Shown here: in pieces, positions 12,670 to 27,055 of the stretch
How positions within the stretch are numbered: the first letter of the stretch is position 1
How the letters are laid out: each line of letters opens with the position of its first letter
Source of the DNA: the human T2T-CHM13v2.0 reference genome, Homo sapiens
Reading direction: 5' to 3' (one strand)
Length of the DNA: 64,000 nt
Assembly (NCBI RefSeq): GCF_009914755.1
Contig: NC_060929.1
Made by a program: the position numbers and the translations under genes
Notes under the pieces: generated by a model
Database searches by the model: none
The model's input: only the letters and a program-made list of their open reading frames with translations
What the model was told of the DNA's origin: nothing

Positions 12670-15223
12670 GCATTCGGCTCTCAGCTCCAAACGTCCAGGC
12701 TTGGTTCCGGCCCCGGCTGTCCTCCGAGAGTCTCTCCCCGGCGGGCAGGCGCTCTGGGCATTCGGCTCTCAGCTCCAAACGTCCAGGCTTGGTTCCGGCC
12801 CCGGCCGTCCTCCGAGAGTCTCTCCCCGGCGGGCAGGCGCTCTGGGCATTCGGCTCTCAGCTCCAAACGTCCAGGCTTGGTTCCGGCCCCGGCCGTCCTC
12901 CGAGAGTCTCTCCCCGGCGGGCAGGCGCTCTGGGCATTCGGCTCTCAGCTCCAAACGTCCAGGCTTGGTTCCGGCCCCGGCCGTCCTCCGAGAGTCTCTC
13001 CCCGGCGGGCAGGCGCTCTGGGCATTCGGCTCTCAGCTCCAAACGTCCAGGCTTGGTTCCGGCCCCGGCTGTCCTCCGAGAGTCTCTCCCCGGCGGGCAG
13101 GCGCTCTGGGCATTCGGCTCTCAGCTCCAAACGTCCAGGCTTGGTTCCGGCCCCGGCTGTCCTCCGAGAGTCTCTCCCCGGCGGGCAGGCGCTCTGGGCA
13201 TTCGGCTCTCAGCTCCAAACGTCCAGGCTTGGTTCCGGCCCCGGCTGTCCTCCGAGAGTCTCTCCCTGGCGGGCAGGCGCTCTGGGCATTCGGCTCTCAG
13301 CTCCAAACGTCCAGGCTTGGTTCCGGCCCCGGCTGTCCTCCGAGAGTCTCTCCCCGGCGGGCAGGCGCTCTGGGCATTCGGCTCTCAGCTCCAAACGTCC
13401 AGGCTTGGTTCCGGCCCCGGCTGTCCTCCGAGAGTCTCTCCCCGGCGGGCAGGCGCTCTGGGCATTCGGCTCTCAGCTCCAAACGTCCAGGCTTGGTTCC
13501 GGCCCCGGCTGTCCTCCGAGAGTCTCTCCCTGGCGGGCAGGCGCTCTGGGCATTCGGCTCTCAGCTCCAAACGTCCAGGCTTGGTTCCGGCCCCGGCTGT
13601 CCTCCGAGAGTCTCTCCCCGGCGGGCAGGCGCTCTGGGCATTCGGCTCTCAGCTCCAAACGTCCAGGCTTGGTTCCGGCCCCGGCTGTCCTCCGAGAGTC
13701 TCTCCCCGGCGGGCAGGCGCTCTGGGCATTCGGCTCTCAGCTCCAAACGTCCAGGCTTGGTTCCGGCCCCGGCTGTCCTCCGAGAGTCTCTCCCCGGCGG
13801 GCAGGCGCTCTGGGCATTCGGCTCTCAGCTCCAAACGTCCAGGCTTGGTTCCGGCCCCGGCTGTCCTCCGAGAGTCTCTCCCTGGCGGGCAGGCGCTCTG
13901 GGCATTCGGCTCTCAGCTCCAAACGTCCAGGCTTGGTTCCGGCCCCGGCTGTCCTCCGAGAGTCTCTCCCCGGCGGGCAGGCGCTCTGGGCATTCGGCTC
14001 TCAGCTCCAAACGTCCAGGCTTGGTTCCGGCCCCGGCTGTCCTCCGAGAGTCTCTCCCCGGCGGGCAGGCGCTCTGGGCATTCGGCTCTCAGCTCCAAAC
14101 GTCCAGGCTTGGTTCCGGCCCCGGCTGTCCTCCGAGAGTCTCTCCCCGGCGGGCAGGCGCTCTGGGCATTCGGCTCTCAGCTCCAAACGTCCAGGCTTGG
14201 TTCCGGCCCCGGCTGTCCTCCGAGAGTCTCTCCCCGGCGGGCAGGCGCTCTGGGCATTCGGCTCTCAGCTCCAAACGTCCAGGCTTGGTTCCGGCCCCGG
14301 CTGTCCTCCGAGAGTCTCTCCCCGGCGGGCAGGCGCTCTGGGCATTCGGCTCTCAGCTCCAAACGTCCAGGCTTGGTTCCGGCCCCGGCTGTCCTCCGAG
14401 AGTCTCTCCCCGGCGGGCAGGCGCTCTGGGCATTCGGCTCTCAGCTCCAAACGTCCAGGCTTGGTTCCGGCCCCGGCTGTCCTCCGAGAGTCTCTCCCCG
14501 GCGGGCAGGCGCTCTGGGCATTCGGCTCTCAGCTCCAAACGTCCAGGCTTGGTTCCGGCCCCGGCTGTCCTCCGAGAGTCTCTCCCCGGCGGGCAGGCGC
14601 TCTGGGCATTCGGCTCTCAGCTCCAAACGTCCAGGCTTGGTTCCGGCCCCGGCTGTCCTCCGAGAGTCTCTCCCCGGCGGGCAGGCGCTCTGGGCATTCG
14701 GCTCTCAGCTCCAAACGTCCAGGCTTGGTTCCGGCCCCGGCCGTCCTCCGAGAGTCTCTCCCCGGCGGGCAGGCGCTCTGGGCATTCGGCTCTCAGCTCC
14801 AAACGTCCAGGCTTGGTTCCGGCCCCGGCCGTCCTCCGAGAGTCTCTCCCCGGCGGGCAGGCGCTCTGGGCATTCGGCTCTCAGCTCCAAACGTCCAGGC
14901 TTGGTTCCGGCCCCGGCCGTCCTCCGAGAGTCTCTCCCCGGCGGGCAGGCGCTCTGGGCATTCGGCTCTCAGCTCCAAACGTCCAGGCTTGGTTCCGGCC
15001 CCGGCCGTCCTCCGAGAGTCTCTCCCCGGCGGGCAGGCGCTCTGGGCATTCGGCTCTCAGCTCCAAACGTCCAGGCTTGGTTCCGGCCCCGGCTGTCCTC
15101 CGAGAGTCTCTCCCCGGCGGGCAGGCGCTCTGGGCATTCGGCTCTCAGCTCCAAACGTCCAGGCTTGGTTCCGGCCCCGGCTGTCCTCCGAGAGTCTCTC
15201 CCCGGCGGGCAGGCGCTCTGGGC
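12670..15223. repeat. 88-bp CpG-rich VNTR/minisatellite, 29 complete copies
   Basis: Unit GCATTCGGCTCTCAGCTCCAAACGTCCAGGCTTGGTTCCGGCCCCGGC(T/C)GTCCTCCGAGAGTCTCTCCC(C/T)GGCGGGCAGGCGCTCTGG recurs every 88 bp (12670, 12758 ... 15134). About 69% GC, 7-9 CpG per unit. The minus-strand 61-aa ORFs in the track also recur every 88 bp. Confidence 0.99.
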
Positions 15224-15336
15224 TCCTGCCCAGGACTGTTTGGCGTGGACTTCAAAGAGCAGAACAGCTGAGCATCTGGGGCTTCCCTGGTGTCCAGTGA
15301 ACAAACGTCAAAGATCTGGCACTGAGGGGCCACCTG

Positions 15337-15392
15337 TCCCCATGTGTAGCAGATGGGAGTCAGACCATCAGCAGTCCCCTCTGCGTGTCAGG
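15337..15392 (-). repeat. Right arm of 56-bp inverted repeat flanking the VNTR (IR2)
   Basis: TCCCCATGTGTAGCAGATGGGAGTCAGACCATCAGCAGTCCCCTCTGCGTGTCAGG; the match extends imperfectly to GGACTC at 15395-15400 (partner 12476-12481). Confidence 0.97.
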
Positions 15393-15644
15393 AAGGACTC
15401 GCAGAGGCTTTCTGGGACTCGGCTTGCTCCAAGCCTGGCTGTGCACCCAGCCTCCAGGAAGGGCTGTGCTGGGCCTCAGTGGCAGCATGGCTGGGCTGGC
15501 AGGACCTACTCAGTACCACCTTGGAGTCAGGCTGGCCTGGTCATTAATTCACTCCTTCCTGCCGCCACCAACATCCACTCAGCACTTCGGATACACCGGG
15601 GGCAGAGCTGAGGGGGAGACAAAGCAAAAGAAAACGGCAGGGAT

Positions 15645-15712
15645 GCTGCGTTAGCAAGACGCAAGGAGGGGGCGCTCCGGCAGGCCTCTCGCAGGAGTGA
15701 GGCGGGGCAAGG
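15645..15712. promoter_or_regulatory. CpG-containing element with CTCF-like motif and GC box next to the VNTR
   Basis: CAAGGAGGGGGCGCT (two mismatches to the CTCF core) and GAGGCGGGGC. Motif match only. Confidence 0.3.
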
Positions 15713-16057
15713 ATTTAAGGACCCACAGCTGCAACGGATCAGACATATGTTTCGGGGGAGAAAACTTAAAAGTACAGCGAGGATTCAGTAACTGAGGCTT
15801 AACGAAGAAGCCAAAGTCATCAGGACACAGAACTCACAACTATACTGCCCCTTCTAACATCAGTGCCCCCAGACACACCTGCCTGTTCACGGGCATCCGC
15901 CCCCACTCATGCCGCTGTCTTGGTTAGACAGCGCCTGGATAACCGTTACATGCCATAAATGCACCTGCTGTTTGAGGAGGTTATCTGTGCCTGTAATAAT
16001 GTGATGCGAATCCACTGCAAGTGAAGCCACAGATGTTGTAAAAAGTTGCAGAATTTC

Positions 16058-16414
<357 letters not shown>

Positions 16415-16695
16415 TCAACAAATGGGGCTGGGTCTTGGCAGAGTGAACCCAGTTAACCAAAGAGGATAATAAGGGCATGTTGGCCATGTCAAAAGAGAGC
16501 AACTTGGGTAAAAAAGATCAGGAAAGCCATATAGGAAAAGTGACAGAGCCTTTGAATATTTGTGCACGAATAACTCCCTTTATCAACATGCTGTGGCGTT
16601 CAGATGTGAACAGTCTTCATGTGCTTTCACACGTTTATTTGTAAAATAACTCCAAAGAGAAAAAATTATTCTTTTTTTTATTTAAAAAAATTCTC

Positions 16696-17019
<324 letters not shown>

Positions 17020-18435
17020 TTAAATGTAAAATTAATTCATTTTTACAATTTTCGGTTTCTATTTTCAAGATTTAGTCCCAAGGAAACCTTTGTTCACTAT
17101 TTATTATGAAATTAAAAGGCCTCTTTCAGGGACCCGTTGTTCTCATAGGAAAGGGATCCCCTAGGCACGTCTTGTGCTAACAACATGTCTCTCGTTAGGC
17201 TGTGAGTGCTCAGGGCAGGTCTTAGCGTTTTCTTCTTTGCATCCCAGCACCCAGACAGCCTGGCACTGACGAGCTGCCCCACCAGGCGCTGGTAAACACA
17301 CGGGTGGAGAGACTGCATTCTGCGTCACTCCGGGATGACTGCTCAGCTCCAGCGTACAGCAGTGCCCTTGCAGGGTCCCTGTGCACGGGCAGAGGGCCCT
17401 GGGCTTGTGGGCTTCAGTTGCTGGGGCTGGAAGGGGCACCTGGTCCAAGGTCATGCACACGGATGCTGGCATCGAAATACATCCTGATCAGATGGCTCCT
17501 CACAAAGGAAAATCACTGACATGGAGTGTGGTGTTTCTGAGCAGGAGGTCAGCAGCCCCAGGACCTGCCTTCTGCTGCCCCTCCCTCCCTCACGTGCTGG
17601 GGAGCTGCAGCTGTGAGCAGCCAGCACAGAGAAGAGAGAGAGTCAGGAGTCAAAGGGAGGGCCCCTGGGAGGGAGAGGGAGGAAAAGTAAAGATAGACAG
17701 AGACGGAGGATCCTGCCAGCACTCACTAGCTGCTGGATCCAGCCATGGCTGAAGCTAGCCCAGTCCAACACTTTTACATTTTGGGAGCCAGCACCTTCTC
17801 CTTTTTGTTGAAGCCAGTCTCTCTTGTTTGTGACTGGGCCACCTTGTTGAGCCGATTGCTGGGAACATGGAAGGGAGCAGCTGACGGCAGGCTGTCAACA
17901 CAAGGCCCACGCCCCTGCACGGGGGAAAGCACAGGAGACTCACCAAAAGCTCTGCAAACATGGGCTGTTTACCCAGTTTTAAAACAATCCTACTCAAGGG
18001 TTGTGGGGAGGGTAGCAAAACAAACAAGCAAGCCAAAACCAAAGATGGTTTTTAAAAACAGAGCATCAAAAGGAGGCTGACCAAAGGAGGGAGGGGAGTA
18101 AACATCTCTAACTAAAACCTCACTCGAGGAGATACTGAAGTATCCAGAGCGGCCAGGCTTCAGACTTGGTCTCCAGGGAAAAATGTACTGACATGATTGT
18201 TCTCTCAGTTAGAATAACGACGGCCGCATGGTTCTCATTCCCTTCGGCTCATCTGTCTCCGGATCCACCCGCGTCCATGCCTAGGGGCCTGGGGACAGGG
18301 TTCCTGGCACTGTGCTGGGGCACAGTGGAGTTGATCGATATTTGTTGGTTAAATGAATGAACCAGCAAGAACAGTCGGAGCCCAATTGGAACACCTCTAT
18401 CTTTTAAATTTTTATTTTTAAATCTACATGGAATA

Positions 18436-18875
<440 letters not shown>

Positions 18876-19002
18876 CTAAAAATTGTGGTAAGATAGACAT
18901 AACATAAAAGTTACCATTTTAACCATTTTTAAGTGTACAATTCAATGACATTAAGTACATTCACAACGGTGTGCAACCATCACCACCATCCATCTCCAGA
19001 AC

Positions 19003-19289
19003 TTTTTTTTTTTTTGAGATGGAGTCTTGCTCTATCGCCCAGGCTGGAGCACAATCTCAGCTCACTCCAACCTCTACCTCATGTGTTCAAGTGATTCTCC
19101 TGCCTCAGCCTTCCAAGTACCTGGGATTACAGGCACCTGCCACTACGCCCGGCTAATTTTTGTATTTTTAGTAGAGACAGGGTTTCACCATATTAGCCAG
19201 GTTGGTCTCGAACTCCTGACATCAGGTGATCCACTGGCCTCGGCCTCCCAAAGTGCTGGGATTACAGGCATGAGCCACCGTGCCCGGCT
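19003..19289 (-). mobile_element. Alu SINE (AluS-type)
   Basis: Antisense dimer; TSD ATCTCCAGAACTTTT. Confidence 0.97.
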
Positions 19290-20172
19290 ATCTCCAGAAC
19301 TTTTAAATCATCCCAAACAAAAACTCTGTACCCATGAAACACTAACTCTCCATTTCCCATTTCCCCCAGTGCCTGGTAACCTCCACTCTACTTTCTGTCT
19401 CTATGAATTTGTTTATTCTAGGTACCTCACATCAGTGAAATCAATCAATATCATCCAACTCCTTTTGGGTCTGGCATATTTCACTTAGCATAATGTCCTC
19501 AAGATTCGTCCACTTTGTAACATGTGTCAGCATTCCCTTCCTTTTAAGGCTGAGCAAATACTCCATCGTATGGATGGATCACAGTTGGTTTATCCATTCA
19601 TCCATTGATGGACATTGGGTCATTTGTATCCTCTGGCTATTGTGAATAGTGCGGCTATGAACACTGGGGTACGAGCATCTGTTTGAGTCCCTGCTTTCAG
19701 GGATCATCCCTGTAGTTCTGCCTCATAAGAATGTCATAGAAATGAAGCATAAAGCATGTAGTATGATTTCTATTTTTGAGTCTGGCTTCCTTATCTTGGC
19801 ATAGCGCATTTGAGATCCACCCATGTGGTGTGTGTCAATAGTCTGTTCCTGTTTATTGCTGCATAGTATTCCACTGCACAAATGTACCACAGTTTCTTTA
19901 CCCATTCTCCATTTGAGGGATATTTGGGTTATTTCCAATTTGGGTAATTATGAATAATGCCGCTATAAACATTTGCATACAGGTTTTTGTGTGAACATAG
20001 CTTTCTTTTAGGTAAATTGCAGAGTCATAGAAGTAGATGTTTAACTTGATAAGATACACTACCCAACTGTCTTCCAAAGTGCCTATGCCATTTGACATCC
20101 CCCTAGCAGTATATGAGAGCTCTGGTTGCTCTGCAATCTCACCAACACTTGGTATTGCTAATTGCCTTTGTC

Positions 20173-20486
<314 letters not shown>

Positions 20487-20560
20487 TAAAGTATCCATTA
20501 GTTGTCAGATCTAAATAATAGAATAATGATAGCAATAAGAAGTGAGTGAATGAGTGAACT

Positions 20561-20682
20561 GGCTGGGCGTGGTGGCTCACATCTATAGTCCTAGCTCCTA
20601 GGGAGGCTGAGGTGGGAGAATTGCTTGAGGCCGGGAGTTGGAGGCCAGCCTGGACAATGTGGTGAGACCCTGTCTCTAAAAA
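20561..20682 (+). mobile_element. Alu monomer (FLAM-like)
   Basis: GGCTGGGCGTGGTGGCTCAC ... GAGACCCTGTCTCTAAAAA, single arm. Confidence 0.88.
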
Positions 20683-20709
20683 CAGAGACACAGAAAAACA
20701 TATTTGGAG

Positions 20710-21235
20710 CCAAAAAAAGTAGCTCTCACGAAGACAGAGAGTAGACTGGTGGCTCCCAGAGTCTAGGAAGCAGGAATGGGATGAGGAGAGGTTGATTAAT
20801 GGGCACAAAGAGACAGTTAGAATAAATAAGATCTAGTATTTAATAGATCAGTAGAGTGACTATAGTTAACAATAACCAATTGCACATTTCAAAATAGCTA
20901 GAAAAGAATTATTTAAATGTTTCTAGCAAAAAGAAAAGATAACATTTAAGGCAACTGGCTGTGTGTGGTGGCGCATGCCTGTAGTCGCAGCTACTTGGGA
21001 GGCTGAGGCAGGAGGATCACTTGAACCCAGGAGTTCAAATACGGCCTGGGACATAGCAAAATCCTGTCTCTTAAAAAAAGAAAGAAAAAACATATATATT
21101 TAAGGTGATGGATAAACCCTGATTTGCTCTTTACACATTATATGAACGTATCAAAATATCACGTTTCCTCCAAATATGTACATCTGTTATGTATCAATTT
21201 GAAAAATTCAGAAATAGAATTAAAAATCCAAAAAA
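20710..21235 (+). mobile_element. L1MA-type 3' end, interrupted by an Alu monomer
   Basis: GAGAGTAGACTGGTGG, GTGACTATAGTTAACAATAA, TTTCAAAATAGCTAGAA, CTGATTTGCTCTTTACACATT. Confidence 0.82.
20957..21089 (+). mobile_element. Alu monomer (FLAM/FRAM-like)
   Basis: GTGGTGGCGCATGCCTGTAGTCGCAGCTACTTGGGAGGCTGAGG, single arm with A tail. Confidence 0.88.
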
Positions 21236-21304
21236 GGAGAAATGTTCCATGAATTCTGAGCACACACAAAAACGTGAGTGAATGAATGAAAATACTATTT
21301 ACTC

Positions 21305-21495
21305 AAAAAATTAGCCAGGCGTGGCAGTGTGCACCCACAGTCCCAGCTACTCAGGAGGCTGAGGCAGGAGAATTTGCTTGAACCCAGGAGGTGGAGGTTG
21401 AAGTGAGCTGAGGTCGTGCCACGGCACTCCAGCCTGGGCAACAGAGAGAGACTCCATCTCAAAAAAAAAAAAAATAAATAAATAAAAAATAAATA
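21305..21495 (+). mobile_element. 5'-truncated Alu (right arm)
   Basis: AAAAAATTAGCCAGGCGTGG ... GAGACTCCATCTC followed by an A/(TAAA) tail. Confidence 0.93.
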
Positions 21496-21559
21496 CCATT
21501 TACCGAAATCTTCTACAAGTCAGACACATATCAAACTGTTACTGCACGCCAGATGTGGT

Positions 21560-21715
21560 ATATACAGTTTACAGTGTTTTATCTCATTTAATCCTTACAT
21601 TAGCCCCAATTTACTGAGGACAAGACTTAGACACAGTGGAGGAATAACCTGCCCAAGGTCATGCACCCAGCAACGGCTGAGCCAGACCTGACCCAGGAGT
21701 TCTGGATCCAACACA
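21560..21715 (-). mobile_element. MIR relic
   Basis: ATCTCATTTAATCCTTACA ... AATAACCTGCCCAAGGTCA. Confidence 0.6.
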
Positions 21716-24203
21716 CCTCATGCCTCCCTCAATATGGCGCTAAAATGCTACTTGCCCTTCCTTCCCTTGGAGAGTTTCAAACGCGTTATCTCCATTATTG
21801 CAACAGCCCCTTGAAGGTGGGATTGTTCTTCCTATTTCATCGATGGTGTCCACTCAGCCAGTGAGACGCAGAGGCCCCGGTGCCTGGCCCACCTGTCCTG
21901 AGCCCCAGCCTCCACCATATGCCAGGGCTCACAATGTGTAACGCCACTTCCAGGCAAAAGGCCTAAGAATGAAATAAAGGCCAAGATCTTCAGGTACCTT
22001 TCAGAGCCCCAAGTGGTCCTTATAGTTCCTGGCTGAGATGCCTCACAAATGTGTAACCATTGTTTGAAGCCGCTTCCCTGTGCACCAACTGTGCCCAACA
22101 CCTGCAACGCTTTCCAAGAAAGACAATGTGAGGCCAAAGGAAAGAAAAGAACAAATGCTTTTACACAAACACCTTGATTGAAGTGTTGATCTGAAGGCGC
22201 TTGTGAGCCTTTTGGGGTGGCCCAGAAGGGCAGACCTGTGAGGCCCCCATCATGGCCTCGAAGCCACAGGCTTGTCCAGCTTCTCGTAACAAAAGCCTCA
22301 AAAGAATGACGGATTTTTCTAAAGAGAAGTTCAAAGGATCTTTTCTGGCCTTTGGTGAGATTCCCGGGAACAGAGAGGCAAGGAAGACAGGCAGATGGGG
22401 TCTCCTGCACCCCATGTCTCCCCATGGCCCTGCACACACCCTGCCTCCATTCATGTAGTGAACAGTCAGAACCGGAAGACGGCAGCCATTCGCGGAGCGC
22501 CTACTGTGTGCAGGCAGCATCTGCCTCCAGTTCCGGCGTTCTCTCTTCAGATCCCCTTGTGGGGTACCATGCCCATCACAAGGAGTGGCCACACCTTAGT
22601 AATGTGCTCAATCGCAATCACTGCCACCATCATTCATTCATTTAACAATGAAGGACCACAGTCCAATAGAAGACACAGGTGTGGATGCAGCAAGGAGAGG
22701 CAGGCACCAGGTTTTCAGCAACACCAGGAGGGAGAAACCAGTGCTGCTGGGCAGGGCACACTTCATGCAGGAGGAGATTCTTGAGCTGTGTCCTTTGAGG
22801 AGTTTGCCAGGAAGAAAAGGGCACTCCAGGCAGAAAGAACAACACAGACAAAGGCACCAAGGCATGAAATTGAAATAACATGAAAATTTGAGGGAAATAC
22901 AGCTGACTCCTTATGGTGAAAGTGTGGGGTGAGGGAGGGGCTCGAGATGAACCTGGCCCAGCCCCTCCATTGGTCCCTGGGACCTTGATCCCTGCCGCAC
23001 ATAGTGGCCACTCAATAAATCTATGCTGCTGGCCAGAGACCAATGGTCCTGCAAGGGGCACGAAGACCATGTGTGATAACCAGACCCCTCATGTCCTCCG
23101 TCCCCTCAGAGATGCAGAGGCTCACGTGATATTGAGGATGGAGGCCTTGAGGGTTGACAGAGACCTGGGCCCACACCTCTTGGCATTCCCTGGGGTGTGC
23201 GAGCTGCAACTCTCCCTTTCCCTGTCTCACTCCCTCTCCCAGTCAGGAAGACAAACCTAGGACCAGCACACCAGGACAAGAATGAGCTCACTATGCAGCT
23301 AACCTTGATTTTGCTTTAACTTATAATAGAAAAGGAAGTCATCTACAAACCCTGGTGTTTTTGCTATTGTGGATAACACATAACCAATGACATCCCCATA
23401 CCAGGTGCCCCTGCCGCCATGATCCCTCCTCAGGCTTGGCCAGGTGACCCCCTAAGCATCCCTTGGAGCCCATCTCTACCTCCCGCATTCGCACCACAGG
23501 CCACAAACACTGGCAGCCCAAGGGCCAGATGGGCTTGCATGCCCGCAGCGTGTCTGGTTCTGTGTTTGCTCTGGGAAGTGATGGATAAACCACAGCCCGG
23601 CTCTGAGGCCACCTCCACCCTGACGTTTCTGCCTTGGTTTTGTGAGTCAGTAAGTTCTCTTTTGCTTCAGCTAGTTTAAGTTGTTACATGTTTCAACACT
23701 TCTGATTAATATAGCTCTGTCCTCGTTTACATTGTTCTTCAAACAAACTATGATTCAATTTTTGTATTTTCTTTCTGACCCAATAGTTTTAGGAGATTGT
23801 AAATCTCCAGATGGCAAGGTTTTTGTATGCTTAAACACTTTCATTATTAATGCCTCATTTATTACACTGTGATAAGAGGGAGAATTGAAAGAGGTGACTC
23901 CTTTCCTTTGCATTGTTAAAAAAAGTATCACATACCCAAATGTGACATGCAATCGCACCTACTGTTGAAACTCTGAAAGCATCCCCATTAAAGTCAGGAA
24001 CAACATGAGGATGCACGACGACCACCACTACTGAACAGTTCTCCAGAAGGCCAAGAGAAAGGAAAGAAAGAGGATGAAAAATACAATTACTTACACATTG
24101 TATGATTTGATACTGCAAATCCATGAGAACAAACTAAAAACCACTAGGAGTAATGGAAGAATATAGTAAAGAGAATAGATGAATATTTAATATTCAAAAA
24201 CTA

Positions 24204-24575
<372 letters not shown>

Positions 24576-24797
24576 TTAATAACTAAAAGAACAAGATAAA
24601 AAAAAACCTAAGAGTAAATTCAATAAGAAATCAAAAGATGTATATGAAGGAAGCTTAAAATAACTCTCCTGAGGGATACTGAGAAGGCAAACACAGTGGA
24701 AGACATGCTAGTTCTTGGAGAAGTAGAGACATGTTCAGCATTGAAAAGATGCTCATGTTCCTTATATTAATCTCCAAAATTGATGACATACCAATAA

Positions 24798-25110
<313 letters not shown>

Positions 25111-27055
25111 ACCTACACTCTTTATTTGAAAACTTAAAATAATATTGGGATTCACGTGGAGAAAACACATATGATAGCTTTGATAACTTTGAAAAATTAG
25201 TGTAATGAGTAAAGACTAGCCAGATTAAGAATTTAAAATGTTATAAAGCTACAATAATTAAAACAACTTGGCAAAAAGATACAGTAGACATACTTTCCCT
25301 ACTCCTCTTGCTAAGTACAGCTAAAACCCCTAGACATTATATATACATATGAAGAAGACCCTGAAAGATGGAGAGAAACAGATCAGCTAGGCAACCTGGG
25401 GCCTGAGAAAGGACAGAGAGGTGAATTTACTTGTTTGTTTCGGTCTCATATATGCAGAACTGGGTGCTAAATAAGTTGGTAACTCAGAAACACCCACAGT
25501 GTCAGTGGAAGCCCCATGGGGAGCAGTAATGAGGCACTCCTGCCCCACCCAGCAAGGGTGGCATCAGTGGAGGCCTAGTGGGGAGGTGGAACTCTCATCC
25601 CTTCCCAATAGTAACAAGGAGCCCCTCACCACCTTAAGTGTCAATGGAAGCTCAGTTGAAAAGTTGGACTTTCACCCTCCACCTGAAAGTAATGAAGTGG
25701 TGCTCCCTCCCCCTTTATCATCAGCATGGTGTCGGAGGGGGCCAGCTGAAGCACAAGATTTAACAAAATCCAGAGTCTCATAGCACAATACACAAAATGT
25801 CCAGGGTTTAATAAAAGATCATGCATCATACCAAGAACCAGGCAAACCTCAACTCCAATGGGAAAAGACAATCAACAGATATGAACACTGATGTGACAGA
25901 AATGTTGGACTATCTGGCACAGACTCGAAAACAGCCATTATAAAAATGCTTCAGTGAGCAATTATGAACACACCTGAAACAAATGAAAAAACAGAAAGTC
26001 TCAGCAAAGAAACAAGATATGAAGAGGAACCAACTGGAAATGTTAGAAGTGAAAAACACAAGAAATGACATGAAAATTTCAATGGAGGGCTCAACAGGAG
26101 AATGAAGAGGACAGTGGAATCAGTGAGCTTGAAGGCAGAACCAATAGAAATTATCCAAACTGAACAAACAGAGAGAAAATAGACTAGGGAAAAAAAAGGA
26201 ACAGAGCCGCAGGGACCTGTGGGACTAAAACAAAAGATCTGACATTAGTGTCAGCAAGAGTCCCAAGAGGAGAGGAGAAATGGAGTGAGACTAAAAAAGT
26301 ATTCAAATAAATAATGGCTGGGGAATTTCCAGATGTGCCCAAAGACCTGGGCCTACCAATTTAAGATGCTGAGCAAACATCCAACAGGAAAGAAACCGAA
26401 GATTTCTACACCAAGAAATATCACAGTCAACTTCTGAAAACTCAAGGCAAATAAAAATATTTCAGAGAGAAATGACACCTCACTTACTGGAGAAAAGCAA
26501 TTAAAGTGACAGTGGATTTCTTCTCAGAAACCACGGAGGCCAGAAGGAAGTGGCAAACATTTTTTCAAGTGCTCAAAGAAAACACAAAATTCTACATCTA
26601 GTGAAAATATCCTTCAGGAATAAAGGGGAAATTAAGACATTTTCAGGTGAGGTTAAATTAAGACAAGTTGTCACCAGCAGACCTACCCTAAAAGAATGCC
26701 TAAAGCAAATTCAAAACTGGAAGGAAATAATTAAAGAAGGAATATTGGAACATCAGGGAGGGAGAAAGAACACAGTAAGCAAAAATATGGGTAAATATAA
26801 TAGGTCTTCTTTTACAGAGTTTTCTAAATTACATTTGATGGTTGAAGCAAAAATTAGAACACCGTCTAGTGTGGTTCTCAATATATGTACAGAAAACATT
26901 TAAGATAATTATGTAACAAATGGGGGAGTGTAAAGGAATGTAATGGGAGGAAAGGTTTCTACACTTCAATTAAACTGGTATAGTCACCCTGAAAAATAGT
27001 TTGGGAGTTTCTTAAAAAAACCCCAAAAAACAAAAAACTAAATATACACTTATCA

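Noticed and set aside
12681-15066. Family of repeated 61-aa minus-strand ORFs
   Set aside because: They start at non-ATG codons and are an arithmetic by-product of the 88-bp period with one TGA per unit.
12670-15223. CRISPR-like or tandem small-RNA (Pol III) gene array
   Set aside because: No unique spacers between repeats and a eukaryotic context; GGTTCCGGCC is a poor B-box, and there is no oligo-T terminator or tRNA-like fold in the unit.
26550-26903. 117-aa ORF as a host gene
   Set aside because: It is a decayed L1 ORF1p C-terminal fragment inside an L1 stack.
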